Assembly: GCF_002113885.1 (NCBI RefSeq) | Contig: NW_018407272.1 | Span: 74,273-138,272, forward strand | Length of the DNA stretch: 64,000 nt | From: Mizuhopecten yessoensis | Lineage: Eukaryota | Direction of reading: 5' to 3' | Part shown: one piece after another, positions 26,376 to 41,300 of the stretch | How positions within the stretch are numbered: the stretch's first letter is position 1 | How the letters are laid out: each line of letters opens with the position of its first letter | Notes under the pieces: model-generated | Database searches by the model: none | Told to the model about the DNA's origin: nothing | Seen by the model: only the letters and a program-made list of their open reading frames with translations | Program-made: the position numbers and the translations under genes

Positions 26376-29300
26376 CTGCAGAAACAAAAAGCGTATCTTG
26401 TATCGTCGTGGAGTAAACCCCCCAAAAAATGAAATTCTATGCAAAAATCCGTAATGTACTGAGAAAATAGAACTAATGCGAGAACAACATCAGCCTTACT
26501 TAACTATTCAAATGCCTGTTTTATGACACCACCGAAATCCCTCAGTTTGTGGGTGGGATTGTGTATACAAACTCATTGTACCAGGAAATCCTGTAAGAAC
26601 TGCGTGAACCTTGCTTGACTACTCGTAAAACACAAAGAATATTACACTTTGGAGTATATTGCTTACAGAATGACGGAAACATGTCACAAAACATGGCAAC
26701 TGGATGCGGTGTCAAGATCCCATTGGCAGCTCAAATGTGTTTACAGTGTATCTTGGGATCGTAAAAAAAGTGTTCTTGTTACACGAGGACTATGAGAGAA
26801 GCATAAAACGAAAGATAATATAACCTCCGTTTTCGACTTATCAGGGCCCTAATGGAAACAATAAGACGCAAACTGCATAGTCTCCCGGTCTTATCTTCCG
26901 TTGTAACAAAAATGAATAGTCTACTAATTTGCCAATTAGGAATCTGATGATAAATCATCAGCACCAATGTGCTGCAAAGTGCCACATAACGACCAGGACG
27001 GGCCCTGAGACGGCACTGAACCGTACGACAGCCAATCTGTGGGAATGTCGACCCACCAAATAGCTATGCCAGGAATGGAGAGAACGAGGGTGGCTTGGGT
27101 CGAACCGCGGCAGTTGATGGACTGAGCTACAGGATTGGGTAAGACGTTTATTTGTTCAGTGAAACTGATGGACAGCGAGAGTTGATGGGACTTGGCGTTT
27201 ATTTGTACCCGACATCGGACAAACAGTAGAATTATTTCAACACCGAAGTAATTGGTACCCTGAGCCTTAGTTCTCCTGTCTGTTAGCATTACACGTGGCA
27301 GCAGACACCGACTTTATCAGATGGTGGACAGACTATTTTGGAGGGCTGTACGACATGTAGATACAGGCTGATATCGCTTGTCTTACAAGCATCACATGTC
27401 TCCTCCCTCCTCTCACAGCATCCATTACACCTATCCGCACATGTTTCATAGCACAAAAGGCCCTAATTATATATAATTACATACAGTTTTTGTCATTTCA
27501 TGCACTAGAACAATAGATGTGATGTGTGGTATTGTTGGACGGAGAAAAATACACAGATGATGTGGGAAACATGATCATTTGCATCGTAGAATAAGCTGCT
27601 TTCCATTGAATTTTCAAAATAGTAATGCATAGTGTATTAAAAGCTTCAAAGGATCAAATTTGATCATTTTTTCACAAATCAGGTATCAACATTAGTTTCT
27701 TAGTTGAACTTTTTTAACTTAACTTTTACAAAAACTGAAATTTACGAAAACTTATGTGACCATCTAATCAGATTTATCTTTTTGTTTTAAATACACCTTG
27801 ATAGTTAATGAATTCGACTTTTGTTACAAAATGGGTAAATGTTTTGCCATGATGATATCGCTTTGCTGTAATGATGAAGTTTTAATAGCTGTCATCATCA
27901 ATTTATTTACTCGATTATTATGATTTCATTAATGTTTTAAAAAACATAACTTTTTAATATTTCATACATGTGTTAAAATGTCAAACGTAAAACAAGTTGT
28001 AAAGGAGCCCGATTTCACCCTCCAATGCCAACAATGGAACACTAATGCCATAATTGCAGATTAATGTATAATCTGAGTGTTTTGTGTTACAAGTGCAAAT
28101 TCCAATGAACATTCTGTGGTTAACTTATGTTTACTGAACACTTAATTTCGTGATCTGACGCTTCCGTACTATTCTCGCTAGCGCCTCAACATAAGAAAAA
28201 CTAATTTTGTCACAGAACTATCGATATTTGAAACAGTCTACCATTTGAGAATATCTCATTAACATACGATTTATAAAATGAATCTTGCCTTGTCACTGGA
28301 GAAACAGACCGATACGTTATACTTAAAGGATACCAATTGCAATGCACCAGTAGTTATATACATGGACTGAATATATATATATTTCAAAGTTAAGAATACA
28401 CGTAATGGCTTTAATTAGTAAAAATTAAATTTAATATAATCCTAATTATATCATTTATCATTTAGACTCAGTCATTACTGACGTGATATGTCCATGAGGA
28501 TGTCAGAATTGTTATAAAATTATATATATATATACTTTTATTGTACTTTGCTGACAGCAGAGGATTTGTCAGTGCTATAGTCAGAATAAAATCTGTGTAT
28601 CTGTGTAACTTATGTTTCACTCAAAGTCTAAAGCTCTGTGTAAATAATCATTCTCCTGATACTGGAACTTGCGGTCGATCCTTAAGTCAAATTGTGAAGT
28701 AAGTGAAGTTTACTTATGGTAGATACTGGGAATCAAATAATTTTTGTTAATTTCTATTTACGCAGTTGGGTTTTTTCCGTGACAAATCCGCGATGACATA
28801 ATTCACAAAAGCAAACAGAACCGCCATAAAGTACTGAATATGACTTGATAAGTAATGGTAATAATTAACGCGGAAATATTAATCCCCCGAATTATAATCG
28901 ATTCAGATTAGGATAATACAATACTATGTCGCAAAATCGATAATATGTGGTAGAGTCGAATCTAAAAAAAACATTTAAAGAAACTAAACTCTTATTAGAT
29001 TTTCTTAAACTTTCCTTGAGATTTCTTACCAGTTTTACAAACATTAAATGATGGCTTCTTGGTGAAAACACAACAAAGTTAAACCAAACACACAAACATG
29101 GGACTGAACCTTTTAAATTAAGTAATAGATACAGCATGCCAAAATTGAGTGACACTGCACCACACAGCTGTTTCATCCTTCTACGACTCATTGGTGATGG
29201 TAGGGGCCAAAAAGTTGAAACACAAAAAACGCAATTTGTTTAACTTTTCTCGTTTAGAATGGATTTTTTTAATATCTTTCGTGTCTTAGACAAATCCCAA

Positions 29301-32300
29301 TATATTCCACGTAATATTTAAGGCAGAATATGTCTACTCCTCCAATTTCTTAAATTAACTATAATCATATATCAATCTGCTAAGTACCATGCTCAGATGA
29401 CATGCATAACTTACATGTATATTAGTCTTTTATATGTATCATGCTAAGTCTAACTTAGTATTTAATTGTCTTCTATGAAATTAAGAATCGTTATCAAATA
29501 AAACGTATCTGTTTGTCATAAACTAGAAAGGGTTGTCAAAACAAATATACACACAACATCGGGAGATATTATAAAAGTACACAATAATAAAAAAAAAAAG
29601 AATGTTTACATTTTTTTTTAATTTCTGTATTTTCATGCATATAAATATAAACATCTATGTTTCTTTGAATTTAATACCCACACAGCTTCCGAAACAATTA
29701 TGTTCCTTCGTTTTTTGTATCGCCAGTTTCACGGTGGTCTGAACATTTGTTAGGTTTTTTTCCTCAATACAAACGATACTCTGAGGGAGGACAGTCCAAC
29801 AGTTTGTGAACACGTGGTGTGTTATGACATGCACACTGATAAAATACAGCCTGTCACCATACAATACTGTCTACCATCTATCATACATCCGCACGTGCAT
29901 CCACGTAAAAGGGAGTATAACCATCCTCAACATCTGTTTACTTACAGCTTATACAGAGCGCTGTCATCAGCAAACATTTGGTCATTTTTGATTTATTTAC
30001 CAAATCATGTCTTTTTACGATAACGAATCTTTAATAAGACTAGGGAAGAACTGCAATATCACTCAATTTCACAAATATCAAATTAACAGATTTAGGTAAT
30101 TAATATGCACATAAAGAGATATTTGTGATTTCCACTTCAATGTTATGTATTTATGTAAGCGTTTGTCCATTCTCAGTGTAACAACATTGTGTCAAAAATA
30201 ACAGTCACCTCTCAGTTTAAAATATATGTATTATATATGTATATGAGGATTTTCTGTTTTGATACTTGTTAACATTGTATCAAATCATCAATTTTACTTT
30301 AAATAATCAAACAAATTCCTGCTTGTATAAAATCGTTCCAAACTGTAAAACATTTTGTAAGTCCATGTAGATTTCAAGAATGTCTTCAATGACAAGAAAT
30401 TCATGATTTTTGTTTTTTTGCTTTTCGATATTTCAGGATAGATCATAACCACACTTACCTTTGAGTACTGAGGAAACAAGGCAATAGCGACAGGTAAGGC
30501 ACATCCGAACACAGCGGTACATACTACCGCGTTTACCGCCAGGTGGTACTTCGGGTTACTCTTCATAAACCGGGTCCTAACAAAAGACAAGCAAACAGGC
30601 CGAGTTATTCTTTGTTTCATTAACTAACGATATTTACAATCACATTTAAACAAACCCATACTTAGAACATAGTCTGTGTAATATCAAATTGAGTATCGTA
30701 GAAACTTTTTATTTTGTTTCTTCGCAGCTGATCCAACATCAATTACACAATGAAAGGATAAATAAATAATTAAAGCAATATTTAGTAATTATGTGTTTTT
30801 GTTTTTCTGTCTTGTGCATAAAGTAATTGTTTCATGTCTGTGTCTTTACAGTGGAACAGATCCTCATTAATAATACGATGATTGTAAGGAAATCAACAAA
30901 ACAAAACAGGTCATATGAAGACGTTTGTCTTGAGCGACCCTATGGAAAGTACACCAATAGTGTATAGAAGCAATACGTTGATACCGATGAAAAGCAAAGC
31001 AGCAGTGTAGAAAAACAAACTCCGAGTCATCATTGAAAGTTGATCAACAGAGAAGAGGTACAATCCCTAAGTCATGTGACGGCGGATGTGCAAGATAGGG
31101 ACTAGAGTTGGTAAGTATGGAAACACCTTTTCAAACATTTAATAAATGTATGCAGAAAGCCTAAAATATCCTTTAACCATATGGTCATTTTGTCCATCTA
31201 AGTCTCGTCGTGGTACTTCAGGTCAAAAGATCGACAATTTCTGTCTAGTGTTCCAAAACAAACGAAGAAAATTGCAAAAGGAGAAGTTGACTACAGAACC
31301 CTTTATGACGCTATATTTACATTCTGTATGCTTAGACCCATTGACAAAAATCACATTCATAAATGCATAACACAGGTGTTCATAGAATCTCAGCACGTGG
31401 GAACTGATAGTAACCTGATCACACTGCGTAGTAATACACTACAAAAACTACTCACTCGGAACGACCGAACTAGATGCTTAATTCTTACATCTTAAAATAT
31501 TATTGAACTGTGCTTTGTGAAATATCCACGTATTCACGTGTCCTGTGCTACAAATAAACATTGAATATGGAACTACATTTTGTTGTGTTATTGTTGTTGA
31601 CGGTTGCTAAGATCTCTCACGATAGTGTCACATTTCCCCGCGAAAAAACACTGTTCTCGCCACTGCGTTGCACCCGTGTATAAGCAGGAACAAACCCTGT
31701 TTATTTGTTTTATTCGTTGTTATATCGATCCACTGAAAGGATTCGTCAATGTAAATATAAGGAATGATATTTATTTTTTCAACATTTATGAGGTCATAAC
31801 AACAATGGGTTTTTGGACATATTTTACATGAATCGCTAACGCGATTCATTCAATATGTCCATAAACCCATTGTTGTTATGACCTCATAAATGTTGAAAAA
31901 ATAAAAATCATTCCTTAAATAAACTTCAATATTTTGGCTTAGACAGATAACGTGATCTTTAACTACTGTTTCATGTAAACGGTGGTAATAATCTCAACTG
32001 TGTAGAGAAGCTATATATGACGACGAATACCGAAATACTCACCACGGTAAGTAAAGCAACAGTGTAAGGGGAAAAAAAGCTTAAGTCAGGTAACGACAAG
32101 TACCTAAGATGACATCATGGAGAGAATAACAACTGAAGGGACAAAGAGACAGATATTGCAATGTAGCAAGAGATCAAGTTTGTTTGATGCATATCCTTTA
32201 AGCAGAAGATACAGATGAAATTCCGATTCTGTAGTGGGCCACATAAGTTGCCTTTTGAAATCATGAAGTGGGATACATCAGGCCAAACACCATATTCCCA

Positions 32301-35300
32301 AAAAGCTGCAGGAATTCGTTCTTTCTTTAGATAAAAGGGTTCATTCTTACTGATAACCTGAGATTTTAAACGTCATATGCATTGGTGACATTTTTCTCTC
32401 TCTTTTTTTTGCAACTTCAGACAGCTCAAGGTTACACATACCTACTTATCGCTAAAATACACTATATAAATATCTCGCTATTGCGTTCATTGTTTCGGAT
32501 GACAATTGGATGTAGTGACATCATTTTTATTGTTTACAGGTATATTCCAGTTGGTGGTGTATCATGCATAGTAATCTATAGGTCGCCCATTATTTTGACC
32601 TCTGACCTCAATCATTGAAATAGTTTGACCGAATCTATTGTTACTCTGCTCTGACCTATCTGACCCAAATCATTGAAACATTTTGTCAATATAGTATATA
32701 TATTACAATGCTTACGCTTTGCATGACTATTAGATTTTGCAGCGGAACAAATGAGTCATTTCAAATATGTATTTAATGTTCACCTCAGTACCAGCATACT
32801 CATTTACAAGTGGTTCGTTAAATGAGAAATATAAGCAGTGAATCAAGAAATTGTTTCTGATACAGGACGATAGATTGCATTGACAAGCTCTTAACTCACG
32901 GCTGAAGAGGATTTTATACAGAAAATCAGCTCGATATATTTTATTTTCGATTTGAATTTTCAAAAAATATCAATATTACTTAAAATGCGTTTCCTGCCTA
33001 AATATGAAGACAATAAATAAGCCCAAAACTTGGAATCAGTTTTGTCCGAAACAATGACAACATTAAACTGAATTTGACAACATTTTTTTAAAATCATGCA
33101 AACTAAAATCCAGATATAGTCCAAAGAATACAACCTCCTTTACTATATAAAGTTAGTCATCTTTTCAATTTCGATTGGCTGTAGGAATTATAATTTCATG
33201 ACTCCCAATCATATGTGATACAATTCGTATGTAAGAAAATTTATAAAAAAAGGCAAAATATTTATTCAACAGAAACAAATTCTTGATAGATTTGAAAAAT
33301 ATTACAAACTGTTTCTAAGAATTTATTAGGTTCCACTCTAGATCTACATATCTTCTCTACATACTTGGGATACTCTGGGACAAACTGATGGCATGCATTG
33401 AGCAATTTGATTGGTTTCTGGTATAAAATGCTGACCAATCTCTTGGCAGATACCTGTCCTTCAAAGATTACAGAGGGGAGAAACCTATCTTCAAACTGGT
33501 CATCTTTTATGCTGCCGCGCTTATATTAAAAATCAAACCAGTCTACTTGTATCATCAACAAGCTGACGCATACAGGCCCTTTGATCTTGTCATAGCATAT
33601 TCAAAGAATGAAAAGAAGATATTTTTATTGAGAGTGGGAAACCTTAGATTTTTTAGATGGATGAACTTCGAACATGTACCTCTCTACCAGTGACATGACC
33701 AGCGGAGGCAGCATCAGAACTGGGGCGGGCAGGAACATCCTTGTGATAGCAGTCTCTCGTAGAGCCTGACGTGACAATATGGCAGCTTTTCATTTACAGT
33801 TAAAATACTGACGTTTATCAAACGAAAAATTACGACTTTGAGGAAGTGAATTTCATAAAGCTGAAAAGCGGGAAACTTTTTGCTTATTTTCAATAAATCA
33901 ATGCAAATTACACGAAATTCAAAATTTATAATCTTAAATATCCTGGTGACTAAATTACTCACACAGGTTCTGACAATGTGTAAAAAGTTACTACACAAAA
34001 AAATAGATACTTTCACAACATTGAATTTGATCAATTTTTCTTTTCTTATTGATCCATTGCATCAAACTTGCAACAAACAACAAGGTTTATAGTTTTGAAT
34101 TGTTTCTTGTGAAAAACAAGATATGAGCAACCGATTTCACATTCATACAAAACCTTGTTTTGTAAGAAAAGTTGACATATTTCTGAAGAAAATTTACCCG
34201 TTTGGCAGCTACTTTTGACGTGCCGACCACATTCTGGCTGCTATCCACAACATCTATGCCCTCGGCCAGCTCATTGTTCCTCATCAGTAACACATTACAG
34301 ACATTGGCTGCCGCTGAGGACAAGCAAGGTTTGAAAATCTAACACATGTGAAACAAGACATCGGTACAAATGTAGACAATTGTGATAAATGTATAACTTG
34401 GTAATGTAGATCAACCCCATGTAGTAGCTGGGCGGAGGTCCGGGGTGGGGGTGGGGGTGGGAGGTCCAGTGACTTCATACTTTCCTTCGATATTTACATA
34501 ATAGTATGTTAAGTAAACTCCCTTGAATCTGTTGCTATAAAAAGGTCCAAGATGTAAACTCTCTTGAACCTTTGCCTTTAGAGAGGTCCAGGATGTATAT
34601 TCTGGTTACATGATAGGATAACATAGATATATTTATCATGAAATATTCCTGCCGAACAGGAGAGTAACAAATAACAAAGTATTCTGACTTACCGACGGCT
34701 GGAAAAGGAACAAATCTGGTGATCAACGATTTTGTTGCAGGACTGAATTTATCAGCTTTCCGGATAAACTGATTCAAAGCCACCTGTAAAAATTGAATTG
34801 ATATTTAATTTAGTAAGGGACATACATACCTGGTAACTCAAATATTTCAAAGAAAGGAGAATTGTGCCTTTACCACAGGGTAAAGGGAAGTAACTCTCCT
34901 TTAGTTTATTGACTAAGGATTTTTGGGAGAGCAATATTTTTGAGAAAGCGGTATTGCTCTGAAAATTGAAGCTCCATCTATCAAACCTTCAAGAGCTGGA
35001 TCCCTCACTCAAAAATATACTTAAAAGTAAAGATGATAGGACAACATCCACTTGAATGTGATCAGCAATATTTATTACAATGTTGACATGTTTAAACACA
35101 CTAGGCGTGCCTTCATCAGAACAAAAAAAATACTTGTTTAAGTAATGAAGTTGTAACAAAACCTCTTAATTCTGTTTTACAATTTTTATTCAAATTTGTT
35201 ATCAAGCAAATATAATGATGTTGATTTGAAGTGATAAGTATTTCACCATATCGTCTTTGGACTAAGAATTAAGATACTTACTGCGATGGAAACAGCACTA

Positions 35301-38300
35301 GTGACAGCGCCCACATACCCAGCCATGAACCTACTGGTGGGGGTCGGCTGTAATACATTCAAAATGACGTTCATTATACCCTAATCAATCATATTTTCTA
35401 AATTATATATCTTCCAAATGATTCTTGAGAAAAGTAATTCAAGTATTAAGATGATATAATTCTTGAGAAAAAGTAATTTAAGTACGTATTAAGATATCTT
35501 GTGAGCATTTATCGAAGCACATTTAAAGAAAAGGTACAATTTTTGTTAACAGTTATTGCTAGTTTGCTAATTCAAGTTCCTACTAATAAGTGGTTCAAAG
35601 CAAAATATTCATGCCAATTACACAATTAATACTAGTCACACATAACAGCTACAAACTCAAATTTCATTATGTGACGTCATTATATAACTTTAACAGACCT
35701 ATATCTAAGTGCTTTTGATAATGAAGAAATCAAAAACATCCAACTGTTGTGTAGTTCTAGTTTGTGTAGTTCTGGTTTGTAATAATTGTGTAAAAAGTGT
35801 AGTAATTTAATATTGGACCAACAGATGTAAGATTCTATTTTGTATCTGGATTTGTTTAATTTCAAAAGTATGCAAAAGAATAAAGGTTTCCATTCAGCAA
35901 ATATTGTCACATTTTGAGAAATATTTTTTTCTGATCAATAACTTTTATAACCTTGAATTTGTAAGTTAAGTAAACACTTATGAAAATAACATATATAGCA
36001 TGACATATGATATATTTGTTTATCAGAAATATTAGCTTGAAATGCAGGCTCACTTTATGTGGAAAACATTTGTTTTTATTGTTTTCAATAGCTACACTAG
36101 TTCTATCTCCATTAAAGAATAAATCTACAAATAAATCAAAGAGTACGCACCTTGGTTGCATTCCTGTTGGAGTAGTTGACACAAGCATTGTGGCTCTGGT
36201 TGAGCCACTGCCACAGAATAACCCCCTTTATAGAAGGGTTGGGCAGCAACAGACCAACAACCTAGGAATACAGATAGCTGACAAGTCAAAAATCATCAGG
36301 ATAAAGTCACCTTATAGAAGGGTTGGGCAGCAACAGACCAACAACTTAGGAATACAGATAGCTGACAAGTCAAACCTCATCAGGATAAAGTCACCTTATA
36401 GAAGGGTTGGGCAGCAACAGACCAACAACCTAGGAATACAGATAGCTGACAAGTCAAACCTCATCAGGATAAAGTCACCTTATAGAAGGGTTGGGCAGCA
36501 ACAGACCAACAACCTAGGAATACAGATAGCTGACAAGTCAAACCTCATCAGGATAAAGTCACCTTATAGAAGGGTTGGGCAGCAACAGACCAACAACCTA
36601 GGAATACAGATAGCTGACAAGTCAAACCTCATCAGGATAAAGTCACCTTATAGAAGGGTTGGGCAGCAACAGACCAACAACCTAGGAATACAGATAGCTG
36701 ACAAGTCAAACCTCATCAGGATAAAGTCACCTTATAGAAGGGTTGGGCAGCAACAGACCAACAACCTAGGAATACAGATAGCTGACAAGTCAAACCTCAT
36801 CAGGATAAAGTCACCTTATAGAAGGGTTGGGCAGCAACAGACCAACAACCTAGGAATACAGATAGCTGACAAGTCAAACCTCATCAGGATAAAGTCACCT
36901 TATAGAAGGGTTGGGCAGCAACAGACCAACAACCTAGGAATACAGATAGCTGACAAGTCAAACCTCATCAGGATAAAGTCACCTTATAGAAGGGTTGGGC
37001 AGCAACAGACCAACAACCTAGGAATACAGAAGGCTGACAAGTCAAAAATCATCAGGATAAAGTCACCTTATAGAAGGGTTGGGCAGCAATAGACCTACAA
37101 CCTAGGAATAAAGATGGCTGACAAGTCAAAAATCATCAGGATAAAGTCAGTTTAAAAAAGTAGTCCTATATTGTCAAAATCAGGCGCGTAGCTGCCACGT
37201 GAGGAAATAAGCAGCTGCTTGCACATCAAAAATCCAAGTGTACTATTATATATATATATTTTTATTTTTTTTGATACGTGACTTCTTCCAAGCAGCTGTA
37301 GGAACACATGAAACAACATCCTCTTGTGACATTAACTAAAGCACCGACGAGTCTAAAACGGCTATTAATATTAGTAATGTCGGACAGACCAAACACAGTT
37401 CTGATCAGTCTGACCACAGGGGTTCGGTACAAATGTCTGAAATACACATATGCTATACTGATATGGGTCACAATGCACATAAACATACACTATATATGTG
37501 TTGTGCCCCATATCAGTATAGCATATGTGTATTCCAGACATTTATAACGACCCCCTGTGGTCGGACTGTTGCTACCGCTGATATCGGAAATACAAGCAAG
37601 GCCGATATTCGTCTTACTAAAGTGAAGGTGGATATTGATATCCTGTCAAAAAGATGGGAAAAAGCTCACAAGTTCAAATTCCATACAAGGTAAGATTTGG
37701 TTAGCATGTTGTCGTTAATAAACAAACGTTACGTAACAAGCGATTGTAATGAAATACAACTAAATCAACGGAGGCGAGTTGTTTTTCCGGAATGGATGTA
37801 TTTTTGTGTTAATTTTTTTCACCAATGAGAGGACAGTAATCCGAATAACAATTGTAGATTGATTTGTTACTAGCATTATTGTTATAGGTTTTAGGGCGGA
37901 TATATTCCCGTATAGGATCCATCTGAGTTTTGCATTCACTTCGCCTGCAAATGAAATATGAAAAAGGCAAAGCCTCAAAAGTCAGAAAAAAATCCACGTA
38001 CATGTAGCTTTTGCTAATCTGTGACATTATATACCTGACTATTGAGATTTTTATATCATATATCCATTCATTTGTCCCTGTCATGAACTGATAAAGTATA
38101 TTTTTAAGAGTAACCAGAGGCCTATCTTCAGTACGGCTACTGGATATACATGTATATATCTAAACATCAATATAGAAGCAACCGTCATCTTATGTTCTGA
38201 GAAATGTTGATGATATAAAAAGGTTTGACGGACACAACAACAAACAAGAGGTCCATGGGCCTTAACGGTCACCTGATATATTTATACAGAGAGTTGATTT

Positions 38301-41300
38301 TGTTTTTAACATGAACAGAAATATTACTCAAAGTGACAAAAAACAATAAAACCACCTTATTCAATATCTAGCATACAGATTTAAGACTAAAAAGTATTTG
38401 AAACTAGCACCTCTGATTCTAAACAAGGAAAATGAAGAAATTTTAGCACACTGACTCCTTTGGGCCCCACCCTTCAGCCCTTGGGGGTAGGGCTGGCTCA
38501 AAATTTTCAAAGTATCAAACTGTCAACTCAAGGTTATAATTCCAATCAAGTTATTAACATGTAATATTCAAAGTATCATTTGCCATTATAAACCATAATA
38601 AATTTTACCCCCCCACTCCTTCCCCAGGGGGTAAACGTGAGACCCTAGGGTCATAAACCTTAAGACCCTTCCATCTATGAAGAGTATTTGATTCTACCAT
38701 ATCTGGGTCTTGAGAAGAAGATTTTTGAAATTTCAGTAAATTCAACCCTTTTTGGCCCCACCCATCAGCCCCTGGGGGTCAGTCAGGGCTCATAGGTGCA
38801 TACTATCAAACTGCTACCTAATACTGATAATGCTAACCCAAATTGAATTACTTCCAATGGAAATTAAACAAATGTTGGTCCAAAATGTGATTTCCCTATA
38901 TAAACTATAGTAAAGTTTACCCCCTCCCCAGGGGGAAACGTGAGACCCCAGGGTCAAGAAATTCACAATTTTGGTAGAGCACCTTAAGACCCTTCCATCT
39001 ATGAAGAGTATTTGATTCTACCATATCTGGATCTTGAGAAGAAGATTATTGAAATTTCAGTCAATTTTACCCTTTTTGGCCCCGCCCCTCAGACCCCTGG
39101 GGGCTGGGGACCATATAATTCACAATTTTAGTTGACCTTTGGCCATGGAAGGTTTCTGCAAAATTTCATTGAAATTGGTTTCGGGGTTTTGGAGAAGAAG
39201 TCGAAAATGTAAATTGTTTACGGACGCACGACGGACGACGACAGACAAAAGGCGATCGCAATAGGTCACTTGAGACTTTGTCTCAGGTGACCTAAAAAAT
39301 TAACTAGTACTAATATAAAAATAGACAGGTATTTAGGTAACTTTCAGATAAAAAATGTTTTATTTTATTTTTTGCCCTATATTGTCCTTGAAAAAGGCTT
39401 ATAATCCAATGTGTAGTGAAAAATATTACAGTCAAGAATACTGGTACAAATGTAAGCAATATAATAATTCATCATTATTTGTTTTAAAACATCAGAAGGT
39501 GATAATTCAGTTTACTCATTCACCCCTGAAGACACATTTGAAATCTTCCAATTCAAAGGTTAGAATAGTTCATTATGAAATTTCAGAGGTGAATGATCAT
39601 GAGTTAAACAAAATTATGACTGTTTTTAGTAAGGAAGTTATATTTATGTAGATCAGTGACACCCAAATTGAAAAGTTCTGGTTGAAAAAGGTTGCAACTT
39701 ATACAGGGCGCAGTGCATGCTGTATGGTATAGCTTTGATCTTACATGGATCTTTTATTGTTGATTTATATTCACAGTCTGAAAAAATACATGAAAATACA
39801 AGATGTATTAATATAAACCCTACAAATCTGTTGCCCTTGTGAGAGTTCAGTTTGGACTATTGAATGGGAGTTGAACAGTGAACTGAACCATCAGCTGAAG
39901 GACTCCAGTGTTTATTGGTATAAAGTTGCTCAGTAAATAGTTAACATAGGCGACCTCGTGTCACTGCAAAGTAAAATGTGTTGACTAAATTGCTGTATTA
40001 CGGTAGTTAAGTTGTTGTTGGTTTTTTTGTGTTTTTTCATTAAAAAGTCATACAATTATGATATTGTTAAATATTAAGATGACAAATCGGGTCCTCTCGT
40101 AGGAGGGTTTCCATACACCACACTCTCTTTCATGGCGTTATATCTCTCACTCTCTTTCATAAACTATCGATTTATAACTTTTTTATATTATTCATTATTC
40201 ATAAGTATTTGTTTTTAATTTTTATATCAGGCCTGCTTATATTTTTTTTATCCTCTCCTCGCTCACCATCACTCCAGCTCCTCGCTATCAAAAGTCCATT
40301 ATAGCACTAGGTGGCTTAGATCAGATAAAAAAACATAAGTATCGTAACATGATATACTGTTATGACAATTTGAATGTAAACATAAAGCATCAATTTCAAC
40401 ATACTAAATATCATTTCATTCACTCACTCTTTCATTCGTCTCTTGCACGACTGTCCCATTCATTCGTGTTGCGCTACCTCAAAAAAGGGAGGTAACTACC
40501 GTGTTACTGCCGGAAGTACAGCCCCAGCTAGCTGACGCACGTGTGTCTCTCCAGCAGAAGCACAGTAGTTTAGTTCTTATCTATTCCTCTATTTTGCGGG
40601 GGGAGGGGGGATCTTTACTTCAAGAACAATTAAATGAAATGAAGTGGTCTTTAAATTCCTTTCTATTTAATGAATTGCCAATAAAAGAAAACACTTACAA
40701 TTGGACTCCCGAAAGGCACATAACCTAAAATTAATGAACAGAAAAATAAGGTTTACATTGTTGTCATAGCTGCTTTTGAATAATCAGGTAGAAAAAAAGG
40801 AAACACTTAAAGATCCCCATACCACTGATAGAACCTGTATCTAGGTAGTGGTAACTGATTTTTCCGGGATGACTAATTTTGATGAATTATTTCTGAAAAG
40901 AAAACCATATCTTACGGGACTTTTAAGAAAGATAATACAGATGGTCCCTATGGATTCATCAGAAATAATCAACAACAGTTTCTGAGCGTAAAAAGAAAAA
41001 AAGGAGTGTGGCCAGACCAGGACTTCAGATTGTTCTACTCTTAAGGGACTGAGATACCCGGCGGCCTGACCCATGGTCAGTCAATGGAAGTGCTCTGCAT
41101 CAACTGACCTACAGTTATATTTATGTCCAAAACGAAGTTAAGGAGTGATTACTCTCTTTATACAAAATACCACAGTACAGTGGAACAGGGATCCTTAATA
41201 TGACCTACTGCCCAGATTTATAAGTACATGTACACTAGCAGTCATCTATAATCATTTCATTTTCATCTGCAAGCAGATACTGTTTATGAGTTGTTTTCCA

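Noticed and set aside
32042-32358. Splice-site-like signals on - within SFXN5 intron 10
   Set aside because: No sideroflexin similarity and no clear branch point or pyrimidine tract; cannot be distinguished from chance.
36007-37092. 361-aa + strand ORF with 28-aa repeats
   Set aside because: Antisense translation of the 84-bp array and SFXN5 exon 6.
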